Sequence record: NC_042098.1
DNA length: 64,000 nt
Reading direction: 5' to 3' (one strand)
A program made the position numbers and the translations under genes. This document shows, in pieces, positions 17,792 to 26,511 of this stretch; position 1 is the stretch's first letter; every line of letters starts with the position of its first letter. Under the pieces are notes generated by a model. It was not told the DNA's origin and did not search any database. It saw only the letters and a list, made by a program, of their open reading frames with translations.

Positions 17792-18091
17792 ATGCAAAAC
17801 AATGACGATGTGGTGCCGATGCACTATAACCACAACGTGGACATGAACAACCCGCTCGACGTGGATGAAGAGGCGTTAAAGGTTCGCTTCGCCGCGCGCC
17901 TGTGCAGCTTCCTTGATCTTGCCGAGCAACTGAATAAGGATGACTTAACCCAAAACGATATCAGTCAGTTCACCGTCGGTATCGTAAACTTAGTGTGTGA
18001 CTCAATGGGCAGTAGTCCCAAACGAGACCTTTACAGGAGACAGATGGTTGACAAACTTGAACCTGTTCTGTCGAGGCATCTGATTAAATAG
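17792..18091 (+). CDS. Hypothetical protein
   Basis: 99-aa ORF, GGAG SD inside a hairpin arm. Confidence 0.65.
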   Translation: MQNNDDVVPMHYNHNVDMNNPLDVDEEALKVRFAARLCSFLDLAEQLNKDDLTQNDISQFTVGIVNLVCDSMGSSPKRDLYRRQMVDKLEPVLSRHLIK

Positions 18092-18135
18092 TCGGAGGCG
18101 TGACGGAACGCGACTACATTGCAGTATAAAAGGAT

Positions 18136-18918
18136 ATGGCTATGACGTTCGAAAAAGAAGGGGACACGTTGCACATTGTGCGACTGAGAACCAAAGGCTG
18201 GTACCACATGACGGTAACCAGCGATCCTGATGCGAGTATGGATATCGTTAACACGAACTTACGTCAGGGCACTTTTACTGATCCACTTTTACAACACCAG
18301 TACGACATCTGTAAAAAAGAGATGGGGCAAGATCCCAATCCAAATGACATCGTTTTCCACCAGTTCGTGACCACGCCAGACCAGACCGGGTATCAGTCTG
18401 GCCACTGGATGATTCGTGATCACATTCGCCACGGCTATTCACTGAAGTGCCTGACTAACATCGGTGACTGGCTTTCAACCGCAGCCTATCTTTATATCCC
18501 AGACCCTGATGATAAAGAGGGTGGTGAGAGAAAATACAAAGTAACTGACTTAGGTAAGTATCTCGACAAGGAAGAGTTGTTGGGTCACTCCGACCACCTG
18601 CCGATGTATTTCTTGCCTGATGAGGAACCGGGTGACAGCTATGATGAGTTGATTGAAACCCATCGTCTTCCGCAACCTGACAAAGGTTACTCTTGTGTGG
18701 CCATCAAGAACGGTATGTCGTTTAGTTTGCTGACGTACAACAACTCCAAGCGGGTGCTTTCAGAAGAGGAAGAACTGCAAACCACAACCGTCCCAGTCAG
18801 GGCAGATGGTTTGCTGTACAGCTCCGTCTTAGAGTTGGCTATGGCTAAGAACGCCCCAGTCTGGTTTGTCTTGGAGATGCTAACCTCCGAAACCGACCCA
18901 AACTGGCATTTCGTCTAA
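18136..18918 (+). CDS. Hypothetical protein with C-terminal NUMOD1-like HTH; paralog of 13871..14587
   Basis: TNIGDWL, VTDLGKYL, DGLLYSSVLELA; AAGGA SD. Confidence 0.7.
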   Translation: MAMTFEKEGDTLHIVRLRTKGWYHMTVTSDPDASMDIVNTNLRQGTFTDPLLQHQYDICKKEMGQDPNPNDIVFHQFVTTPDQTGYQSGHWMIRDHIRHGYSLKCLTNIGDWLSTAAYLYIPDPDDKEGGERKYKVTDLGKYLDKEELLGHSDHLPMYFLPDEEPGDSYDELIETHRLPQPDKGYSCVAIKNGMSFSLLTYNNSKRVLSEEEELQTTTVPVRADGLLYSSVLELAMAKNAPVWFVLEMLTSETDPNWHFV

Positions 18919-19006
18919 CCGAGATTGGCTGTGGGGAATCCTATGCAATTGCAAAGTGTAGAGAGAACCACGGCCAATCGTAAGCTGTATCATAAGGAGA
19001 GAGATT

Positions 19007-20587
19007 GTGAGTGAAGCTAACCAGAACATCGTAGAAAGCTACGACGACCTGCCGAAGAACGCGCAGAAAGGTGATCGCTATACCGTGCGTGAAGACGCGA
19101 TCGTTTACGAACTCCAGGAAGATGGTTCTTGGAAAGACGTAGACATCAACGAACAGGTTGATCAGGAAAACGAAGAGCAGGCGCAGACCGAAGATGGTCA
19201 GCAGTCTGACACCGGCGCAACTGATCAACCTGCCTCTGATGAAGAGGGCGATGCTGATTCGTCTAAAACTGCAGCTACCGATGAAGAAGACCAGGTAGAT
19301 GACAACGGCGATGACAAGCAGACTCCGGCTGAAGAGAAGCAGGAAGAAGCAGCGCAGGCGGTTGATGAAACCCAACCACGTGATGACCCTTACGTACGAG
19401 GAGCGAACAGCGATGCCAATCCGGCACAACCTGAAGATGCGAATCAAACGCAAGATCAGACTGACGAAGCAGGACAAACTCCTGATTCTTCTGACGATAC
19501 CAACGCGCAGCAGGAAAGCACTGATGGCGTTGCGACGCAGGATGCGAAAGAGCAGGCTAACATCCCGGAAGGGGTAGATCCTGAAGAAGCGCAACCTGAC
19601 AACCAGCCACTGGCAGTAGCGCCGGTTGAACAACCCCCTGTCCAGCACGAAGCGGTCGCGGTTGATCCTAACGCTGACCAACCATCACCTGAAGCGCGTC
19701 CAGACAGCAAGATCGAAGAAGCAGCTGAACTGAACGCACAGAAAGAAGATGCGGCTCGTGATGAGATCGCTGAAGCCGGTGCCGATGCGCAAGCTGCGAC
19801 CTCTGCTGAGCAGACTGACGCTGGCAAAGCCAAAGAAGACGCACAGGCTGAAGGCCAGTTGCCGAACGATGGCGCTGCTGATGATGTCGCCGCTGGTAAA
19901 CCACGTAATGACCAGACCTACACCGAAGATCAGAAAGCAGCGAACACGCCAGCTCCTGAAATCGTGCAGGCTCAGGAAAACCATACGTCAGAGCCTGATC
20001 CGGTAGTCAGCCAGGAAGAGACCCATGTGCAGAATGCCACGGACCCTGACCAGCCGACTATTATCCCGCAGGAAGCGAAGTCTGAATCACTGGCGCATCA
20101 AGCTGCTGATCCAACGCAGGAAACTGTGTTTGTTAAGCAGGATGAAAACCTGGACCCGGAAGTGCGCGTACTGCAACAGCGCATTGAAGAGTACATCGGC
20201 AACATGGGTGTGAACGGTAAGCACGATCGCCGTGACGGTCCGAAGTATCAGGCTCGCCTGTACAAAGACCTGCACTCCATCATGGCGCTGGAGCCAGTGA
20301 AGTTCAAGCAAGTGATGGACTACCTGCTGAACCGTGTGTATGAAGAACGTGCCGGTGCTTTCTCCGACACCTATACGCGCCGTTACTTCGATCAGCTGTC
20401 ACCGATGCACATGCAGACCGATCGCGTGCGTGAGTTTGACAACATCCTGTCGCTGGTAACCACTGTGGGTCATTCCAAAAACCGCAGTCGTGCCCTGCAG
20501 CAGGTTGATCTGCAACGCGCCCTGAAGAACATTCAGGATGCCGGTAAGCAGCAGCGTATGGCAGCGTACTTTGATGCTCTGCGTTAA
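19007..20587 (+). CDS. Protein with long acidic disordered N-terminus and folded C-terminal domain
   Basis: About 380 aa of D/E/Q/A/P-rich sequence then a helical domain (LQQRIEEYIGNM...); AAGGAG SD, GTG start. Confidence 0.8.
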   Translation: MSEANQNIVESYDDLPKNAQKGDRYTVREDAIVYELQEDGSWKDVDINEQVDQENEEQAQTEDGQQSDTGATDQPASDEEGDADSSKTAATDEEDQVDDNGDDKQTPAEEKQEEAAQAVDETQPRDDPYVRGANSDANPAQPEDANQTQDQTDEAGQTPDSSDDTNAQQESTDGVATQDAKEQANIPEGVDPEEAQPDNQPLAVAPVEQPPVQHEAVAVDPNADQPSPEARPDSKIEEAAELNAQKEDAARDEIAEAGADAQAATSAEQTDAGKAKEDAQAEGQLPNDGAADDVAAGKPRNDQTYTEDQKAANTPAPEIVQAQENHTSEPDPVVSQEETHVQNATDPDQPTIIPQEAKSESLAHQAADPTQETVFVKQDENLDPEVRVLQQRIEEYIGNMGVNGKHDRRDGPKYQARLYKDLHSIMALEPVKFKQVMDYLLNRVYEERAGAFSDTYTRRYFDQLSPMHMQTDRVREFDNILSLVTTVGHSKNRSRALQQVDLQRALKNIQDAGKQQRMAAYFDALR

Positions 20588-20602
20588 TTGATCATTTGAT
20601 CA

Positions 20603-20652
20603 GCATAAGGAGAGGCCTCGCGCCTCTCCTGTTTATGCCGTCTTTTTTTTTT
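20603..20652. terminator. Bidirectional terminator
   Basis: GCATA-AGGAGAGGC-CTCGC-GCCTCTCCT-GT-TTATGCCG plus T tract; between convergent genes. Confidence 0.85.
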
Positions 20653-21154
20653 ACACTAAAATACCGTTAAAAGCCACCGGGTCATTAGCCAGGAATGGGT
20701 TGTACCGAACCACGGACTCTAACGTGTAATCGTAATAGATGAAATCCAAGCATTGCGCACCCTGGTAGGTAGTCCATGACTTTGATAGATAACCATTGCG
20801 GTCTAACGCAACGTAAGCTGGGCGGCTTGACAACGGAGTAAACTTCATCAACACTTGTGGCTGGTTGTTGAGGTTGTTTGTAAATACAGGCAGGGAAGGA
20901 TGAGCATGCCTTGCAATGGAGCACAACCAAGAGTCGTAGGTAAACCACTCTTTATACGGTGTGCCGTACATGTTGTTGGATGTGTTCAATGTAGTATTAA
21001 CATATTTACCGGCATTGGCGGACATGCTGGTACTCGCGTTCGCTACCTTTGTATATTTGGCTGTATTGGCCGCAAGCCACGCCTCGAATTGCGCATAGGT
21101 CATCTTAGTACCTATCTGTGGCTGTGACTTACTGCCCATTAACATCTCTAACAT
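20651..21154 (-). CDS. Putative virion accessory protein, paralog of 21167..21676
   Basis: N-terminal MLEMLMG; shared GTPY, IARHA, RNGY, LDFIYYD and FNG.L motifs. Confidence 0.7.
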   Translation of the reverse strand: MLEMLMGSKSQPQIGTKMTYAQFEAWLAANTAKYTKVANASTSMSANAGKYVNTTLNTSNNMYGTPYKEWFTYDSWLCSIARHAHPSLPVFTNNLNNQPQVLMKFTPLSSRPAYVALDRNGYLSKSWTTYQGAQCLDFIYYDYTLESVVRYNPFLANDPVAFNGILV

Positions 21155-21166
21155 GGTAACTCCTGA

Positions 21167-21676
21167 TTAGATCAACACCCCGTTAAACGGTACCGGTGTG
21201 CCGCCATTTAACGGAGTCCACCGCATCACAACACCCTGGGTATTGTCGTAGTAAATAAAGTCAAGCACAGTACGACCGTTAAATGATCCGTAAGACAAGC
21301 TGGTGTAACCGTTACGATTGAGGCCTGAATAGGCACTTTTGGTAACATAAGGTCCAAGCTTCATTAAACAAAACTGTTTATTCGCCAACATGTAATCAAA
21401 CATCGTTTGTGCCGGACACGCATGTCGTGCGATCCTTGCCCAAGTTGAATCGTGAGTACAGGAGTTTAAATAGGGCGTGCCCCACATGTTACCGCCATCA
21501 CCCGTCATGGAGATCCTGGCATAGCCGTTCGTAAACGTGGTGGACGAAGGGGTGCCTGTATTCGACGCTGCACTGACCGCACTGTACTTAGTGGTATTGG
21601 TATTTAACCAAGTAACAAAATCCGCATAGCTCATCTTTACAGTTTTCTTGCCAGCGTACATTAATAACTCGAGCAT
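21167..21676 (-). CDS. Putative virion accessory protein, paralog of 20651..21154
   Basis: N-terminal MLELLMYAG; GAGGTGGAG SD. Confidence 0.7.
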   Translation of the reverse strand: MLELLMYAGKKTVKMSYADFVTWLNTNTTKYSAVSAASNTGTPSSTTFTNGYARISMTGDGGNMWGTPYLNSCTHDSTWARIARHACPAQTMFDYMLANKQFCLMKLGPYVTKSAYSGLNRNGYTSLSYGSFNGRTVLDFIYYDNTQGVVMRWTPLNGGTPVPFNGVLI

Positions 21677-21747
21677 AACTCCACCTCAAAATAAAATCCC
21701 GTTAGCAAGGGTTCTGGTTCTCTAATACATGACTTATAGGATTTAGC

Positions 21748-21777
21748 CGGCATAACGGAGCAGGCAACGCCTACTCC
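21748..21777 (-). terminator. Terminator after Gly-rich gene
   Basis: Minus strand GGAGTAGGC-GTT-GCCTGCTCC then GTTATGCCG. Confidence 0.7.
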
Positions 21778-21817
21778 TGAATCCTGGTGTGAATAACGGT
21801 TGGTCGATTGGGGTATT

Positions 21818-22795
21818 TTAACCCGCTGTAGTTTGATCTGGGTAACCTCGACCTGTCCCCCAGACAATACGAACAATACCATCAGCACCACTACCTAACA
21901 AACTGGTGCCGTCACTCTTGTACTGACTTGCCCCGCCGCCTCCTGCGCCCCCGCCTGGAATCGCGGTAGGTATCCCCGCCCCTGATCCTGGCATATCCTT
22001 GATACGTCCTGTCGATTTAATTCCCCCGCCACCTCGACCAGTATAGATCTTGGTAGTGCCTTGCGTCGTCAGGGTAACATTCCCGCCATAACCCGCTCCC
22101 GTATCCGCAGGGTTAGTGGGGGTTGCACCATAAGCACATCCTGTGCCGCCATCGCCCATGTAACCGCCTGCACCGCCACCGCCGACCGCACGTGTCGTTA
22201 ATGACCCGGTGCCACCCTTTCCACCTGTACCACCCCCAACAATAGGTTTGGTAGCAGGGTTCTGGATAGGGTTGTTCGCGATCCCGGCTAACACACCGCC
22301 GACGACATTTAACAGCCCGCCGACCAAACCGCCTACTAATCCCCCTACTATATCCACCAATACCAGATCCAGGAGATTACCGGAAAGTCCATTCGACTGC
22401 GGCATGACGGTAACTGCCGTGTTACCGGATGCGTCCTCCCCGCCACCCACTGCTTTTAACAGATAGGTGCCATTACGCGCTATTCCGGAGAAAGACCCTT
22501 TATTCGCTGTGAAGGCGGTTTTAACGGGTGTTGGTGTACCAACCCCACCTTGCCCTACCACAACCGTCATCTTCTCACCAGGGGTCACAGGGATCGCATT
22601 ACGGTAACGTAACGTTCCGCCATTCCCGCCGGTATGTACAAGGGTAGTGCTACTGGCTGATTGACCGCCACCTACTGCGACGGCACTCATACTTGTTGCC
22701 CCTTCTGGCACAATCAGTTCATACACCCCCGCCTTTGTGAAGAGCGTCTCCAAGGGTAACTTAATGTGTGTCTTGTTTAACAATAACCCAATCAT
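21818..22795 (-). CDS. Glycine-rich virion/fibre-type protein
   Basis: G.YE..VPEG..SMSAVAVGGG start of a glycine-rich domain, many GGGG.GG tracts, C-terminal GADGIVRIVWG. Confidence 0.7.
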   Translation of the reverse strand: MIGLLLNKTHIKLPLETLFTKAGVYELIVPEGATSMSAVAVGGGQSASSTTLVHTGGNGGTLRYRNAIPVTPGEKMTVVVGQGGVGTPTPVKTAFTANKGSFSGIARNGTYLLKAVGGGEDASGNTAVTVMPQSNGLSGNLLDLVLVDIVGGLVGGLVGGLLNVVGGVLAGIANNPIQNPATKPIVGGGTGGKGGTGSLTTRAVGGGGAGGYMGDGGTGCAYGATPTNPADTGAGYGGNVTLTTQGTTKIYTGRGGGGIKSTGRIKDMPGSGAGIPTAIPGGGAGGGGASQYKSDGTSLLGSGADGIVRIVWGTGRGYPDQTTAG

Positions 22796-22852
22796 GCATC
22801 ATCCTTCTAGAATGAGTACCTTGACGACCTACTCGCGTCATAGCATTCCAAC

Positions 22853-22896
22853 CGGCATAAGGGAGTGGATACCCTGACCGTAGCCAAGGCATCCAC
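22853..22896 (-). terminator. Terminator after DNA polymerase subunit gene
   Basis: Minus strand GTGGATGCCTTGGC-TACG-GTCAGGGTATCCAC (C(UACG)G loop) then TCCCTTATGCCG. Confidence 0.75.
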
Positions 22897-22904
22897 GTGG
22901 TGCG

Positions 22905-24626
22905 TCAAGCCGCAGCCATGAAATCGATCTCGATATGTTTTTCTACCATGAAGTCTTTCAGTAACGTAATGGTCTCAGGTGCTTTGTACAACTTACGTGC
23001 AAGTTCACCGGCATTGTTCATACCACCGGCTGCCAGGTTAACTGCTACCTGGCGATATTCCGTATCATCCAATCCTTCGATCTGGGTCATCTCAATCCAG
23101 GTGGTTTGTTTCCCCACATTCATGATGACCGTACCGGTCGGATATGCCCCTTCTACGTCGATGTCGTTCGTACCTGTACGGACATAGGACTTGACGTTCG
23201 GCAGTTCTTTAAACATCGCTTTGCCGTTTAAGGCAACCAGCTCTGTTGGGAGCATAACGATCCAACCACCCAATCCCTGAATGTGATCATCCAGTTCGGT
23301 ACGCATCTGATCCGATGTAGTACCCCAGATATACCCTTCTTTCATTACATCGTAATGCATCGCCTCAGCGATACGTGTCGGCTGCGATATAAAGTTACGG
23401 TAGTCTGACACCCCGCAGAACGTTGGAACCGCTACAGAGAGATCTGAGGTCTTCTCGTCCATCATTTCAACCACGATGCAGTCGAAGATGTTATACATCA
23501 CATATTCGTACTTGTAGTTGCTCTGCATGAACTCATGCCAGTCTGCCCCGTGGTACCCTTCAGCTTCACTGAACTTCATCTTGGTCACACCGAGTACTTT
23601 CTCAGCGATGTTATCCAGTTTGTAGTTCAGCTCTTTACCGTTCATGGTACGCAGGTAGTAATAGGCTGACATCGATTCAGCCCAACGGAACGACGCAGGG
23701 GCATTGACGTAAGGCCACTTCTCATAGTTAGCTAATGATGTCTTGGTGACTTCTTTGCCATCATTTTTTACTTTGTGGGTTTTGCCCTCGTAGTAATAAA
23801 CGTTACGGTACTCTTGGGGTACCGAGGGATCGCAAATAACGTCAGCAGGGTTGATGCCGGCATTAGTTAATGTTTGGGTGAGAACCTTGTAGTCGAACTC
23901 GAGCACGTTCCAGCCAGTGATGAAATCGGGCATCCACTCATGGGCGCGTTCAAACAGTTTGACAAAGCCATCTGCAGCGCTGTCAACCAACACGAACTCT
24001 GGGTTGGTGATGCTGCGTTTGGTTGCCCACTCGCCCAGGTATTTATCCCAGGCCAGTTTCAGCTTCTGATGAATACGTTCATCCGCTTCCCCGCCAAAGT
24101 AGCGACGGATCACAAAGGTAAAGGTGCGTTCTTTAAAGGTTAAGGATGCCATGATCGGCTCACCCTTATACCGCTCGTCTACCATTTCGGTTTCGATATC
24201 GAACACACTGATTTTGTACGGAGTAAAGGTATCAGGAAACTTCGCTTCGTACATCGCTTTGACAATCGAGGAGGGTTCGATGTCAGCGCCATACACGTAC
24301 GGACTGCGACATACCCGACGCAGTTGCTGATCGGTGGCACCTTTTCCCAACATCTTTGAGATGTGGTTAGGAAGATCCCACTGCGGGCAACTGAACTTCT
24401 GCAGCTTGGACAGCTCTTCGTAATCTTTCTTATCCTGGTGATTGCGGTACGCCGGTTTGGTGAGGTAGTAATCACGCTTCATGTCTTTGATGATGCGGGT
24501 GTGGGGTTTGCTGTTCCCGTTCTCGTCAATCACATTCTCTTTCACGAAGATGATGTCTGATTTGCCGCGCAGAGAAAGGGTATAGATCGCGTGCTTGCAT
24601 TCGAAACGAAGGTTATTGCTGCTCAT
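22905..24626 (-). CDS. Split family-B DNA polymerase, exonuclease plus motif-A subunit (phiKZ gp82-like)
   Basis: ExoI VFDIETE, ExoII FITGWNVLEFD, YKLDNIA, ExoIII YNIFDC; motif-A-like DIDVEGAYPT...MNVGKQT near the C-terminus; motifs B and C absent. Confidence 0.82.
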   Translation of the reverse strand: MSSNNLRFECKHAIYTLSLRGKSDIIFVKENVIDENGNSKPHTRIIKDMKRDYYLTKPAYRNHQDKKDYEELSKLQKFSCPQWDLPNHISKMLGKGATDQQLRRVCRSPYVYGADIEPSSIVKAMYEAKFPDTFTPYKISVFDIETEMVDERYKGEPIMASLTFKERTFTFVIRRYFGGEADERIHQKLKLAWDKYLGEWATKRSITNPEFVLVDSAADGFVKLFERAHEWMPDFITGWNVLEFDYKVLTQTLTNAGINPADVICDPSVPQEYRNVYYYEGKTHKVKNDGKEVTKTSLANYEKWPYVNAPASFRWAESMSAYYYLRTMNGKELNYKLDNIAEKVLGVTKMKFSEAEGYHGADWHEFMQSNYKYEYVMYNIFDCIVVEMMDEKTSDLSVAVPTFCGVSDYRNFISQPTRIAEAMHYDVMKEGYIWGTTSDQMRTELDDHIQGLGGWIVMLPTELVALNGKAMFKELPNVKSYVRTGTNDIDVEGAYPTGTVIMNVGKQTTWIEMTQIEGLDDTEYRQVAVNLAAGGMNNAGELARKLYKAPETITLLKDFMVEKHIEIDFMAAA

Positions 24627-24726
24627 GATGAATGATAATCCTATGTCAAAACACTACAAAGTGCACCAGTGTTTAATACGCGTTATAACATCAGGCGTGC
24701 AACTACATTTATACAAAGGAGATCAC

Positions 24727-25989
24727 ATGATCCTATCTAGCGGTCTGGAAGCGATTAGCTTTCAAAAGAATCCGCTCTTTTACAAACAGCTGGTTGTCGA
24801 ATTCGGCCGTCTGATGGAACTTGCTAAAGCCAATGGTAAGAAGCGCTTGACCGAAGAGATGATGGCGCAGTCTAACCTGGCAAAAATCACCATGGCGAAC
24901 ACCGGCATCAAAGTCTCGCCTGGGGTGGATACCCGCATGCAGTGTAATGCGTACGTTATGATTCCGAGCATCAACTCCTATCACGTCTTCAATGACCGCA
25001 TGCGTCAGATCTTCTCAGGGTATGCCGAATCGTTTGAGCAGTTTCGTAAAGCCAACGATGTGTTGATTGGGTTGGTTGATCTGCAGAACTCCAAAGTGGG
25101 CGGGGTCTTCTCGACTATTGATCACCGCATCTGTCTGTCGTACGATATGATGACCGACTATGACATGACCCCGGGTGAAGTCGCAGCCATTTACATGCAT
25201 GAAGTCGGCCATGCCTTTACCTTCCTGGAGATGCTGCATTATACCGCTACCACCAACCTGGTGCTGACCGCTGGCATTGAAGCGATCATCAAATCAGAAA
25301 CTTCTCGTAAGCATGTCATCTTAAGTGATATCGAAAACTCCTTAGGGATTAAGATTGATAATAAAGATGAACTGGTCGCTTACGACAAGTATGAAGATTA
25401 TGCTGTCACGATCCTGTCGAAGTACAATCGCACCTTAGCTGCGGCCCTGGGTTCACCGGCACACGATGAATCGATGTCTGAGCAGATGGCAGATATGTTT
25501 GCCACCCGACATGGCGCGGGATTGGATCTGGCGCGGGGATTGTCCCGTATTCACAAATATTACAATTCACCGAAGTTTAAGTTTGCCCGCTATCTGGAGA
25601 TCTTTGTCGGCATCCTGCAGACCATGGGCTTGTCCCTGGTGTTCGATGTGTTGGGAGTAATCGTTGTCCTGACTGTCGGTAACTTCTTTGGTGGGACGTA
25701 TGACCGGGCGAAAGACCGTTTCATCCGCATGCGTAACGAAATCGTGGTCGGCCTGAAAGATGAAGAGATCAGTGCAGCTGACCGCAAACTCTTGATCAGT
25801 CATATCGCCGAGCTGGACAAGATCATTGCCCAGGCCAAAAACGAAAGCTCCTTTGTCGAGCAGTTGTCTCTGGTGGTGCGCGCCAGCCAGCGTGAGCGTT
25901 ATGCCAGCAAGTACCTGCAAAAGGATCTTGAAGCCCTTCTTAATAATCCGCTCTATGTCAGTGCGGCCAAACTGAAAACATTGCAATAA
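24727..25989 (+). CDS. Virion head protein with zinc metallopeptidase motif
   Basis: ATG 24727 after AAGGAG; N-terminal SGLE cleavage-type site; HEVGH plus EQMAD (gluzincin/M48-like); C-terminal hydrophobic segment. Confidence 0.72.
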   Translation: MILSSGLEAISFQKNPLFYKQLVVEFGRLMELAKANGKKRLTEEMMAQSNLAKITMANTGIKVSPGVDTRMQCNAYVMIPSINSYHVFNDRMRQIFSGYAESFEQFRKANDVLIGLVDLQNSKVGGVFSTIDHRICLSYDMMTDYDMTPGEVAAIYMHEVGHAFTFLEMLHYTATTNLVLTAGIEAIIKSETSRKHVILSDIENSLGIKIDNKDELVAYDKYEDYAVTILSKYNRTLAAALGSPAHDESMSEQMADMFATRHGAGLDLARGLSRIHKYYNSPKFKFARYLEIFVGILQTMGLSLVFDVLGVIVVLTVGNFFGGTYDRAKDRFIRMRNEIVVGLKDEEISAADRKLLISHIAELDKIIAQAKNESSFVEQLSLVVRASQRERYASKYLQKDLEALLNNPLYVSAAKLKTLQ

Positions 25990-26002
25990 GGATTCATCAG
26001 AA

Positions 26003-26509
26003 ATGATTATTGACGTAGCAGAATTAAAGAAACAGATCGTGTCGGTGCGTTCTATTGCAGAGATCCCAACTACCCTGCGTACTAAACTGATTGAAACCGG
26101 TCTGGCCCGTGCGGTAGCTTATGGTGTTGATCTGCCAAAAGAGCTGGTCGGCAACCCGGTCTCCTATTTCGCCAGCAACGCCACTGATGCTAAGCAGGCA
26201 CTGGCGGTGATCAACGAAACCAACGTGATCAACATCTCCCGTATCCTGTCACTCGCCACCATCATCTGGCAGGCACGCTACAACATGGTTTATCTGCCAG
26301 CCACTCGCGAGTCCATGGAGTTGACTCATCAGGTGTTGTCCGATCAACGCGAATGGTTGTTCGATGCAGAGCAGCAGGATTTCCTGTCGGCGACCATTGG
26401 TGACGGCACGGTGCAAGACAGCCTGAAGCTGGCTCTGTTAAACTTCACCTGCCCGGCTGTGATCAACCCTAACCAGGTAGCACCAGTCACCACCGCTGAC
26501 GAGGAGTAA
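26003..26509 (+). CDS. Virion structural/hypothetical protein
   Basis: 168 aa in the head-protein operon, AAGGA SD. Confidence 0.7.
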   Translation: MIIDVAELKKQIVSVRSIAEIPTTLRTKLIETGLARAVAYGVDLPKELVGNPVSYFASNATDAKQALAVINETNVINISRILSLATIIWQARYNMVYLPATRESMELTHQVLSDQREWLFDAEQQDFLSATIGDGTVQDSLKLALLNFTCPAVINPNQVAPVTTADEE

Positions 26510-26511
26510 TC

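Noticed and set aside
18941-19681. 246-aa hydrophobic antisense ORF (also 19456..19833 and 19685..19984)
   Set aside because: Shadow of the acidic low-complexity gene on +; no SD, and its composition mirrors the codon bias
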